Below are positions 23,440-34,738 of a stretch of 64,000 nucleotides of DNA, one piece after another (positions within the stretch are counted from its first letter, which is position 1; every line of letters begins with the position of its first letter). Origin of the DNA: Amoebophrya sp. A120 (taxonomy: Eukaryota; Protista; Dinoflagellata); assembly GCA_905178155.1 (NCBI GenBank), contig CAJINV010000001.1:419643-483642 (forward strand), written 5' to 3'. The notes beneath the pieces were generated by a model, which saw only the letters and a list, made by a program, of their open reading frames with translations, did not search any database and was not told where the DNA came from. A program made the position numbers and the translations under genes.

Positions 23440-26400
23440 CTATTTGCTCTTGCGATCTTCATCATCGCGACATTCGTAAGTGTAAGTGTATCTACCATGA
23501 TCTGTCGCCCACTCCTGCGTGTAGCGAATACGCGATATTTTGTCTCGATGGCTTTCCCCAGTCACCACAATGCTCCTCCCAGAGTCCTTCGTTGAAAAGC
23601 GCCCGCGGAAATCTTTCAACGTGTCTGCGGAGAACGTGCGGAGCTTCTCTTCGCCGAGCACGATTATTGGAGCGCGAAGTGTTCGGTCGTGGTTGCAGGT
23701 TACTTCCGCAAAAATCTGACTCTGCGCACACTTCATTGCATGGAGGCGACGGTTATCCAACGAGAACAACTGCAAGCCCACCTGCTGCGATCTTAAAACC
23801 TCAGGTTGCAGCCACGGCTCCGGATTGCCCGCACCAATCGAGACCCATCCGTGATCCACCTCGAGCACCCTTACCGCCGGAATTTCAAACACCGAAATGC
23901 GGCCCGCACAAATTTCAACGGCTAGGTTTGCCGGGGCTCCTTGATTGACATCACTAAACGTAGGCGAGATCGTCTTCTGCGAGAACCAGAGCTGCGACAC
24001 TCGTCGTGTTGTGTATTGCAGCATGTTTTCCGGCTCGGGCGCTTCGCCTCCTTGCCCTCGCGAAAGAGCGTAGCCGTCTTCCTCGTCCGTCTCGTGCCGC
24101 GATCGGGCTCGCACGAGGGATGCGAGGCGACACAAGTTCCCAAATGCCAGCTCAAACGGGGCACGCCGGAGCTTGCGTGCTTTTAGAGTATTTTGGTTTC
24201 GTGTCGCCTGCTCGCTAGCTTCGTCCTCAAACTTTTTCTCGATGTCAAAAGATTCATCAGCCTCTATATCATCACCCAGGCTCTGACTTAATTGCTCCAA
24301 CTGCAGCTCGCCAAATGTCCTTTCTGCATTTTTCGACTTCGGCTTTCCTTTCGCGCTTGCTTTTCTGTTGTGTGTTGCTGTCAATTTCTTCAGCAGTGCT
24401 TCTTCCTCGAAGTCAAGCTTTCCGAGAAATTTCGACCACGAAAAAAAGGATGGCTTCTTTTTCACTTGCCCCTTCTCGTTTTTCTTGACTTCTCCAGCGT
24501 TTCTTTTTCCCGCTTTCTTGTTTTTTGGCTTCTTCTTGATGTTGTTCATCGGTGGATTATCGTCCGCGAGAAGGTCGTCTTCTTCATCGATGATTTCTGA
24601 ATCCGACGAGACGGCCTGCGCTTCTTGCACACCTCCGTCTTGATCACTCTTTTCAGTCTCTGCTTCCGCCTCTATTTTCTCGGCCTCGGAGTAGGTGTGC
24701 TCCATCAAAATGGAGGACGCGTACAGCAGCAGGGCAGTCCGCAGCTTGTTATCGAACGAATGAACTCCATCTGCGGCCTTGTTGACGTTCCCGAGAAACG
24801 CCTGTCGAAGCTCCGGGAGAGTTTGTCCGTTCCACTTTGTCCACTGTGCTGCATCCTCCGACGGCAAACACTTCGGCCTCAGCTTCAAATACTCGCTTAC
24901 CGTATCCTTTGCAATTTCTGGAAGTTTCTTCGCTGCTGCCTCAAGGTGCTTCTTGGCACAGCGCGTAAGCTCTTCATGGTCCGGAGGTAATTCCTCACTA
25001 TCCTCGCCTTCGATGTCCCTCTCCGGGCCGTGCTGCGCAAAGCTGAACGCTGAGGCCAAGGCCTTCAAACTCATGCTCCGGCTCACCAACGGAGGAACAG
25101 CAATGCTCGCCCGGCTGTCTTCTTTATGCCGCTCCTTTTGGTCCGTCAGTGCCTTCAGCTGGTCGCGCGGCAGTCCACAGAAGTCCTCAAGGTCTTTTGC
25201 CTGCGCGGAAGAAAATACATCGAGAAATTTGAACTCCTTCGCGCGCTTCAAACGTTTCCGGAGTTCCGCCTGCACATCGCGTCCAGCACGCAGTTTATTT
25301 GGAGACAGGTCCTTGCCGCCATTGTTCTTACCACCGCCGCCCTCGGCGTTGTCTTCTGTGTACTTCGGCAGCAGATTGAGAATGTCGACCCCGTCCTTCT
25401 CAGCGTTCGCCAGTTTGTGCCCCAGCTCTGCGAGCTCCGCCGTTTTGGGGTGGTTCAGGCCTAGTTCTCTCGCAGCTGTCTTGTGCACTGCAAACATGTA
25501 AGAGTCTGGCTGGTTGCAAATTGTCATGCAGCTATGTCTGGATGGTGCAAAAATCTGTGATGTTGCGTGATTGCCAAATAAAAGTAGTCGGCCAAGGCTC
25601 GAGGCAGTTTTTCATGCGGCAGAGGGATGACAGAGATCTCAAAGAATCTCTCAACATGCCAGGCCTTTTATGCGAGACCTCATAGATCATGGAAAACGAA
25701 AAGCCACAACATGACACGCGTTGCATCATTCCAGACCCGGACATCTCTTCACTTGATATGTCTGGTACTTCAACGTAATCGCGCTCACGCCGTACTTTCC
25801 CGGAAACAGTTTTTGCCGGAGAAAAGGCCGCGAGAACAGGTCGAGGCACCGTCTCCAAGCTCGCATCTCGTCGCCTGAGTACTCGGCAGGGGTAGTCGTG
25901 GTGAATACATCCGATATCAGGACTTCGCTCCCAGCGAAGCTCTCAAATTTAGTTTCCTGAGCAGGTCCACCTCCCGCGGGTAGTTGTAGAGCAGCTTCGT
26001 CACAAACTACGACGTCCGCTTCTTCCTGTTCTACCACGTCACGCATCTCGATATCGGTTTGCTCAAAGTCCACTTTGCGAAGACCAGGCTCATGCGCATT
26101 TTCATCGGCTTCGAATAAGTTTTGTTCTTGATCGGACGCCGCGCCCCCTAGGTCAGCATCTTGCTGCGCCTCTCCTTCAAACACGTCTTCGGGCTCCGGC
26201 TCCTCTGCTTCGTCATCGGATGCGTGCTCGGAGAGGCACTCCGCGGCAGCCACGTCCGCGTCCTCCACGAAAATTCCGGAACCGGACGCCTCGGGAAACT
26301 TGCTGTCTGGCATGGCGCTGGTCACCAAGGAGTTCCAACACACCCAAAACTTGTCCCCGTCAAAGTCTCCGTGGCTGCCCTCGATGCTCCCGCACACCAA

Positions 26401-28949
26401 GACGTTCTCGCACGCCATGGCGGCCCGGACCGTTTCCGCACGCTCGGCGATGGCGTGTCGCCCGAACAGCATGTTGCAAGCCTCGTAGCAGGGCATCTTC
26501 ATCGCCAGGAGCTTCTGCCCCGGTCGCAGAAACTTTCCCCCAAAGGACAGAACGAACTCGCCGGGCTTCAGGGTTTGCGTCAGATCCGGCTGGACCACGA
26601 AGTACGCCGACTCAGCGCAGGCGAAGTGCTGCTTCTTTACAATCGTGCGCAGCTCGGCCGCTAGGGTTTTGTGGAAAAGCTCGGCAACATACGGCGTGTC
26701 CAGCTGCAAGCCGCTGGCGAGCATATACTGCATCTTTGCCATCGGCGCGCCCGTCCCTAAGAGTTCCGCAGCCCCAGTGTCAGTGAAGACAAAGCTAGTC
26801 TTCTGCCGCCCAAAATCGTCGAGCTCGCAGTCTTTGAAGATCCTCTGAATGATGTTCCGGACCGTTGCGTGGGCCAGCTTTTGAAAGAGCCGCTTTGCTC
26901 TCCTCGCCCCCCCGATGTGGTGTTCGAGGATCAATATGCTCTCGCTGTTCAGGCTTGCTGGCCGTGGGGCGCGTTCGTCGGTACGGCCGTCGACGGTGAC
27001 TTCCAGGTCGATCTTGTCCCCCTCCTTGCGGCCATACATCTCCGGCCACTTATTTGTTGACTTCGACATCCATTTCACCATGGATTTGCGGAGGACAATG
27101 CGCCGACCAGTGAGGTTGTGGCTGACCACGAGAATCCCGCGGGCCGGCCCGATGCGAACCTGTATCAAATGTAAAAATGTCTGGGTCTGGAAGGTTGCAA
27201 CTTGTGATGCTGTCTTTGGAAGGTAAAAAAAATCTGTATTGCATGACCAGCAAGAGGAGTTCAATTTGTGCTACGCGGGGTGGGCGTTTCTCATGCGGAA
27301 TACGCCTCAGAAGGCTCTTTAAAAATCTGTGATGCTAGGTCATGCATTACAGGCATCACGGGTCATGCAAAATATGGATGACAAACCTGGCAATCTTCCA
27401 GACCCAGACATTTTTACACTTGATAACCTGGACGCACTGCAGATTCCCTTCTATCTTCGCAGTGTTGACATCGGCATTTTTAGCTTCACCAGAGCCGCTC
27501 GAAGGAACTAGAGACGTGTCGTCAGCCGCATCCAGCGCGTTGTCCTGCACTGCGTCCGCATCACGACTCGAAGGAGCAAGAAGATATTCTCTCGGCTCGG
27601 CCAACCCGACGCCATTCCCCGTTGAAAATGTATCCCCTTCGCTTTCGAGCAACTTCTCGTCATTGTCGTGTAGTGTCATCTGTGCCGGAAGCTCCTTGCC
27701 GCTCCGATTTCTCCAATCGCTTGCACTTTCAGTTTTCCGCTTCTTCAAGGCACTGCCGCCGTCACCACAGGACTCTGCTTCTTGCTGCTGCGCCGCTTCC
27801 GCATCGCCCTGAAGCGTTTCGCGTTCGTCCTGATTGGGAGCCATAAGGCGTTCCTGCACCTCCCACATCAACTCGGGAGAAATTTCCCCGTTGCCGTCGG
27901 TTGCACAAGGTCCCTCGACGTCTTCCCTGATGTCGATTTCACTCGAGTCGAGCTGTGCTACCTTGGTCGTAGGGGAAAAGAGCAGCTGGAACCGCGACGC
28001 CCACTTTCCCAGGTGCATCGCTTGAACTTCGTGGTCTGACAAGGGCAGGTGCCTCCGCAGGACCTCTTCGACCGAGATGCCGTCGGCGCGGATATAGTGG
28101 AATAAAAAGTTGCCGCCAACTTTGTGGTGAGAAACCAGTTTGTTGTAAAAACGGCCCTGGCGGTCCTGTACCACAGCTGGCGGTGGAACACCGTCTTCCA
28201 CAAAGACCTCGATGTGGGTTGGTCCGGACAAAATCCGCCGCGCTGCCATCCGGCGAAATCGGCAATCACCTCCGATATACAAGAAAAAACGGTGTGAGTG
28301 TGAGTCTGGGATGCAGAAAATGCAAAATACCAGATACGCTTGTCATGCCAGACAACCACGAGAACCTCTTGTCATCATATGTGTTCTCACGTCTTTCTAC
28401 GGGTTGTGGTTTTCTCTGTCATGCAGAACGAATTTGTCATGCTGTCAACCCAAGAAAGTTGCCCTCACCTACGTTTTTTCCTGGATATCCAAGGTCGAAG
28501 TAATACTCTTTGCGGGGGCGCCGATCAAGGACGTTAATGGTTCCTTCTCCCCGGTCATCAAGCACTTCGGTGACCATGGTGTCTTCGAGCACCTTCTTCA
28601 TGGCAGCGCGGTTTCCGATGATTTGCTTGTTAAACCGCACCACCCGTTGTAAGTCACTGAACCACGTGCGCTCCCAGTTTCCCTTCGTGGGCATTCGGCC
28701 TATCAGACGGCAATAATCGGCAGAAGTCCCTTTCTTTGCCTTTTTCACTAGCTCCCCGTTCTGCAGCTGCTGCTGCTTTTCTATCCACTTGGGGCATAGC
28801 TCTGCGTCGCCTGTGAGAATGTCTTTTACGGCACATTTGTTGTACCTGCCGTCCTTGAGGTTCTTCAAAAGATCCAATATGTTGGATCTGACTTTCAACT
28901 CCTGGAGCTCCATTTCGGATACCTCCATCTTCGCTCTCGGCAACGACAT
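23440..28949 (-). CDS. Eukaryotic RNA-dependent RNA polymerase (RDR/QDE-1 family), DFDGD catalytic loop
   Basis: TDGNGEIS, QVRIGPARGIL, LRKSMVKW, LNSESILILE, PDLTQTLKPGE, GSHGDFDGDKFWVCWN (DFDGD at 26353-67), GLNHPKTAELAEL...EKDG. Three introners removed in frame. Confidence 0.9.
25482..25758. mobile_element. Introner family B (degenerate left TIR) in RdRP
   Basis: TSD TGTCT (25477-81 and 25759-63); removal gives LKYQT|AARELG. Confidence 0.85.
27163..27425. mobile_element. Introner family B in RdRP
   Basis: Near-perfect 31-bp TIRs; TSD ACCTG (sense CAGGT); removal gives LQCVQ|VRIGP. Confidence 0.95.
28276..28487. mobile_element. Introner family C (TIR TATNCARGAAAAAA..GTG) in RdRP
   Basis: TSD TCCGA/TCCAA; removal gives YFDLG|GDCRF. 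Confidence 0.9.
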
Positions 28950-29574
28950 GTTAGTGCTGCATCGAACAAATAGAATCTTTCATCAAAATCTAGTGACAGT
29001 ACAAACAATCAGCAAGTGCTGACAATTGTGAATAGACAATCTATCAAAACGACGATTCCGACCACAGGAAAACAGTGACAGACTAATATGCGACAGGGAG
29101 CCGCCGCCCGGGTGAGAGAAAGATGAAAGAGCGCCAAGCCAACAGTGAGAAAAGAGAAGAGATCATCCACTTAGATCCAGTTTCACACAAACTCTGTTGT
29201 AGATCGGGAAACAAGATCTTCAACTAGATCTAGTAGACTGGTGGTCCTTGTCATCCCTGTGCTGATTCAAACCCGAGGATCGTCCGGAATGTAAGTATCA
29301 AAACTCGTTAATGAGAGGCCACGTTCGAACGACGGATCCAACGACCTAGAACAACACGGAACGCACGCAAGAACATACAAACATAAAACCGTCTCCGTCA
29401 GCCCGTATGAGTACGCTTTCAGATGATCGACAGCACTCTGCTGTGAGACGCCAAAGTAAGTGAATCTTTGTTCTCTGAAGGAGACAACCCTTTGTTTTCA
29501 TATTGAATTTTGTCAGTCTTCCTGCTCGGTTCCGCGGCACTCTAGCAGAGGCAATATCTGGCTTTTGCCAAAAG

Positions 29575-30790
29575 TGCAGTCGAGCTGCAATCTTGTGATT
29601 GCAATATTCATTGGCTCGTCTTCGCACCACAAACAACATAGAGAAACGAGTTTGGTCAACCATAATCCATACATCTGGTTTTTCTTTTTCGCAGTGAAGA
29701 CGAACTTACTTGTTGGAGTATTGAAACTTGATGCGCCCACAAATACCGCTTTGAAGTCTTTAGCGCCATTCGCTTTATGCGCCATCTTTGTACCTCTCAG
29801 TAGAGCGAAACTCAATGGGCTTTCCCTTCTTCATCCCCACCCGCCAAGGGCCGCAATTGCCACCTCTTCCGCAATGTGGCGGGCGGGCTGTTGACGTCGT
29901 GGCTTTACTCTACCCAAGGTGCTACTTCTGCCAACTGATTGTTCCCGCAAATGCTCAACATAGCCGTAGGGAAGTTCGTGCTCGGATGCCGAAGTCTCCT
30001 CCACAGCCGTAAGCAGTGAATTCGTTTGCGCGCCGGCCCACCACGAGCTAGTATCGGATCTACCGAATAGCTCGGATCTCCCGAACCTGGCCGGGGTTCT
30101 CATTTGCTTCACCTCCTCCCGTCCTGGATCCAGACCCTCGTCAATATCGAATGAAAACTTGTTCCCCGTTCTTTCCTCGCCTGGTGTCGGGCTGCTGCTG
30201 GTCTCGAAATGCACATACAGGCCACGGTCCAAAGTAGGCTGCAGGTCGTGTGCAAAGAGGCTGCTGCTCAACGGCAACATCGGAGGTCGTACTGCTGCCA
30301 TTTTTATCAGCGACCCCGAGCTGAGACTGCTCGTGCCGGACAAAGCGGCGGTTGACGAACAAAGCGTGTCATTGTCGAAACCCCGCTGCCTGATCTCTTC
30401 CTTCAGCTGATGTAATTCTCGCACCGACACGACTTCGCCGCTACTTTCGTCCGAAGCTTTTTTTAGAGCTCCTTCGTCTACTGCTTTAGCTCGAGATACT
30501 CGCAAAGAACCCGCAGAGGCCGAGGACAATCGTCGACAAAGTTTGTTAACCTGCCCTGGCTTCTTGGCGTTTCCTATCTGCATGTTCGACAGACGCGCCA
30601 CAAGCGGCTCCTCGAGGTTCAGCGAGTCGAACGTGGGAGCACCGGGCGGCCGCTCCTGTCGCTGCTCTGCGAGAAGCGCTCGCTCCCGGGGTCGAATGTC
30701 CAGGCGGCGTCCGAATGGAAGCAGTGAGGCTCCTGTTGTAAAAGCGAGAGGTAGTGGATTACTAGTTCCTTGTACTCAAAAGCTCAGATT
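29575..30790 (+). repeat. Direct repeat copy 2 (matches about 13425-14735)
   Basis: Shared coding and flanking sequence. This copy lacks the family I element and has a short in-frame duplication (GRSELFGRSD). Confidence 0.9.
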
Positions 30791-31040
30791 CGCTGACAAA
30801 TTTCAAATTCTGAGATACAACCGCACAAATAAACACGTTTGTCACAAACACTCTGCGTAGCAAGATCTACTTTGTACCATGGTCGTGCAGCAGCTCCTCC
30901 CTGCTCGTAGCGTCGACGCTCATCTGGAGACGCAACGACAAGGCAGTTCCGTAGGGCACTAGCGGAGTAAGGCCAAGGGCAATCACGACGATTTTCGTTG
31001 CGATAACCCACAGAGGTGGTGCGCGTGCGCCGCGGTGCAT
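29831..31040 (-). CDS. Putative secreted hypothetical protein, 354 aa; exons 31040-30878 and 30732-29831
   Basis: ATG 31040 MHRGARAPPLWVIATKIVVIALGLTPLVPYGTA (signal-peptide-like); phase-1 GT-AG intron 30733-30877 joins in frame to ORF 29831..30601. Confidence 0.7.
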
Positions 31041-31611
31041 ATTTTCGTGAAAATGCGGTGGGGACCGCAGCTAGGAGCAACTCTGGCGTAGGAAGCACGT
31101 ACCCAGCAGTGGGTAACTACTATTTTCAAGGCACGGCGGACGCGGAGTTATCCCCTACTACCTGTTACAAAAAGGAGTCTTCTAGCATTGCATCGGACAC
31201 CAGCACAGAAACCTACAACGTTTGAAAAACATTGCAATAACAGCGAAGCCGTGACGATAGGTGAACAGCGACAGGCTACTTCTTGGTAGACATCGACGCC
31301 AGAACTGGACGGACAAGGAAGTTCACGCGGGTGATGATAAAAAAAAATCATTCCTTTCTTGAGTCAATACTGTGGCAGATCTAGATGGTTTCTTGCAAGG
31401 CAAAATTGTACGGGTGTAAACAGATACAGGGACAGATACATCAGGCCCAAGCAGACTACAAAAGTACGTATTAATCGAGAAGACTTTTCGTCCAACATGA
31501 TCATTTTGTGTAAATGTTCGCATGATACCGAACTTGAGACTGTCATCTTTATGTTCTTCAAATAAATGTGTTCTTCTAAAAACCGTGTAGTTTTTTCCGT
31601 ACGACTCCTTT

Positions 31612-34600
31612 CTACAGTACCTTTGTGTATAGGAAAGTTGACACGAAGTACCGCAGGCAAAACGCTAACAGACTGAACATCGCCTGCGCTATTAGCAAGA
31701 CGATTACCAGAGTCTCTTCGTTCATGGGCCCGAAAACATACAAAACAAAATTAATTAGAGTCAGATTACTAATCCTGTATTCCTTCTTTTGTTCCGAGGC
31801 AACTAGTGCCTGTGATGTACTTGTCCTCCCCATAGCAGCCCCTTCCGCTTCTGAAAGAGACGACCTTGTCGTTGGCCTCTGCTTCAGACTCGTGGTTGAA
31901 TAGTTCGACGCTCGACTGATCCTCGCTGCGCTGTCCTTGCTCGCCTGCTGCACAAAATGAATGTCCTCGTCGTCGTTGTCGTTCGCGTTGAAATCATCTT
32001 CTTGCTGCGACGACGAAGCAGCAGCGTCGTAGCTGTTACCGTTATCAGAAGCTGCGCTACCTTCTAGTGCAACCGTTATTTCCTCAATCTTGCAGAGCCG
32101 GAAGGTTTTGTAGACGGAAAACACTAGTCGCCCGGCGACGGAAAGCTCTTCTACCCGCACGGTGGCGAAACTATTCACGCTCACGTTCTTCTCCGGGTCA
32201 AAACCGGGCAGGCGGTGCCGCGGGCACTCGACGAGCCGGAAGAGTTGGGGGAGGCCGTAGACGAAATTCAATATTTGTGGGAGCAGGAACAGCAGCAGAG
32301 TTTTGCTGTAGTGCCCAAAAATCCCAGCGACTGCAAGGGTCATGCCCGCGAAGTAGCAGAAGGTATCGCCGACAAAGACGCGGCTTGGATACCTGGTTAT
32401 AAAAAAATATTTTTGGGGTTTACAAAAACTTTTTTGAAATCAATGACTTTCCGCTGCTGCGTGCACGTTCATGTTCATCATCATCAATTACGATGAAGCT
32501 ATAATCGCGCCCAGACGAAGAAGTCAACAAGAACAACAATCCGTTCCGCATGACTATAAATACCAGTTGAATTTCAGCAAACCGAGCGTGACCGCGACGA
32601 AGGGTAAGAGGATGTACAGGCTGAACAGATGTCGCTCCCGGCCCAACGCAAATTCCTCAGGTAGCCTCGCGAGTTGGATCAGATTGTTCAAGATTAGGGA
32701 AATCGCGATGATCAGGCTCTGTCCCGCCTCCAACCCGTTGACCCCCGCGTAGATGTTGATGGCATTCACACTGAAAATCGTGATCATGCACAGAAACAGG
32801 TAAAAAAACGGCCCCAGGTCAATGATGTCGAAGGAGAAGATCCACCGCAGCGGCAACGGGAGGAGGACCGATGTTGTGCCCAGCGTCGCGAAGTAGACCT
32901 TTTTAGAATGTAGTTCTGAATGCAGTCAACATACTAGAGCGTTGGTTCTCTAGCACTCCGAAATCCACAGGACCACAGGGATGAGAACAGATGCCACGGT
33001 ATTAGGAGACACGTCGTGGATAACAGTGTAGCAAGAACAGCGCATCACTACGTTAACTCATACCAGCAACAGTGGCAAACTGGCTAGAGTTATCAAATGT
33101 AAAAATGTCTGGGTCTGGAAGAATGCATGTTTGTCATGCTTTTCTGGCATGACTCTTAAATCTGTCACGCACGTTACCCAAGAGCTCAATTTTTCTGTGA
33201 TGCAGGAACGCAGTTTGTCATGCAGCATAGGCAACACCTAGAAGCTCAGAAACTTGTCATGCTGAGCCAGCATTTGTGGCCTCATCATGAGACGCCACCC
33301 AACATCACAAGTTTCCAGACCCAGACACTTTTACATTTGATAAGAGTTGGTAAAAGCAGCTTGTCTCGCCACCTCAAATTCAGCACGTTGTCTACGAACC
33401 CGAAGAATATCAAATGTAAAAATGTCTGGGTCTGGAAGATTGCCAGGTTTGTCATGCACATTTTGCATGACTCCTGATGTCTGTGATGCATGCCCTAGCA
33501 TCACAGATTTTGTGAGGGCTTCCTCATGCCTATACCGCATGACAAATGCTCTTTCCGTGTAGCAAAACTTGGACTTTCTTTGCTGCTCATGCAATACAGA
33601 TTTTTTTAGAATCCAAAATCAGCATGACAAGTTGGATTCTTCCAGACCCAGACATTTTTACAGTTGATAAAGAAGCTCATACTGCAAATCGACAATATTG
33701 CGGCCAAGAATTGCACCATGCGCGAGAAGGAGTCGACATCTTGCTGCAGTTTCTGCGCAATGATCTGCGCTGAGCCAATGGACGACGCTGTAGTTCCCGG
33801 GATGAAACTACTGCCACTGAAGAGGTCTGCGCCAACATTATTTCCCTGGTCTCCTCCCGCTGCGATCAAGTTGTTTGGCGATGCTTTTTCTAATTCTTGC
33901 TCAATTAACCCCTCCTGGCCGACTTGGAAGAAGGAGAAAAGCCAGCGTGTGAGGGAGTTTGTGTAGTAGTCACCCGCACTTATTGCGTAGTTGCTCGTCC
34001 CGGCCGCCCCGTTAGTGAAACCATTCGTGGTCCCACTCGTCGGGTTCGAAGATGAAAATGCGGATAAAAACGCGAAGGGGAGAAAAAAGGTCACGCAGAA
34101 GCAGTACACCACTCCTGGGATCACCCCCACCGCTTCGGGCACTTTGATCCCCTGCACCGGTCGGATCAATGACCCGTCCGCATTCCTCGCTGTCGTCCTC
34201 TTTGACAAATCGATCCCGAACAGGCCGGCGTCGACGAATTTGGGCGCAAAGGCCGGTATGATTCGGACGACGAGGGAGTAGCCGAGCAGGGAGAGGAGAA
34301 TGCAGGCGAAAAACGGGAGATTCAGCACCGTATTACAATGAAAAATGCCCCCACCCCCGAACTTGGGAGAATTTGTATTGCAAACCTTTCCAAATGAAAC
34401 ACTCACCCTCTTGCATCTATCAGCATCAGAGGTTTCCAATCGTGAACAGCAAGAATGTAGTGTATTGCAAAAGACCCCAGCAAGAGCGGCGCTTGTCATG
34501 CAAGCGATGCGATACACGCCTAGACCCTGCATCAGAAAGATTCATACTCCTTTCATGCATGACAAAAAGTCTTCATTTGGACACTTCGCATCACAAATTT

Positions 34601-34738
34601 TTACAATTTAAGGGGTGGGGGGCATTTTTCACTGTAATACACCGTTTTCAATAACCTCTGTTTGCTCTCCGTGTCAGCTAAGACGAGTGGCACTACACCT
34701 GCGACTGCGGTCAGTGCGGCAGTGGTCACGCCCAGCAT
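31612..34738 (-). CDS. DPAGT1: UDP-GlcNAc:dolichyl-phosphate GlcNAc-1-phosphotransferase (ALG7/DPAGT1)
   Basis: [113 protein letters not shown] introns 32393-32563 and 32899-33063, plus three introners. Confidence 0.96.
33091..33342. mobile_element. Introner family B in DPAGT1
   Basis: TIRs tatcaaatgtaaaa.tgtctgggtctggaa; TSD AGAGT. Confidence 0.95.
33408..33669. mobile_element. Introner family B in DPAGT1
   Basis: TSD AAGAA; removal gives SMSF|FGFVD. Confidence 0.95.
34331..34639. mobile_element. Introner family E (TIR TATTACARTGAAAAATGCCCCCACCC) in DPAGT1
   Basis: TSD CACCG; interior highly similar to 61239-61536. Confidence 0.95.

Noticed and set aside
13425-30790. LTR retrotransposon interpretation of the two direct repeats
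   Set aside because: The repeats are a coding exon with intron and 3' flank; I found no gag/RT/integrase between them and no TG...CA ends or TSD.
33220-33773. Recurrent short ORFs containing [26 protein letters not shown] or PPLPISK that look like a repeated protein family
   Set aside because: These are translations of the family B and A terminal inverted repeats, not proteins.
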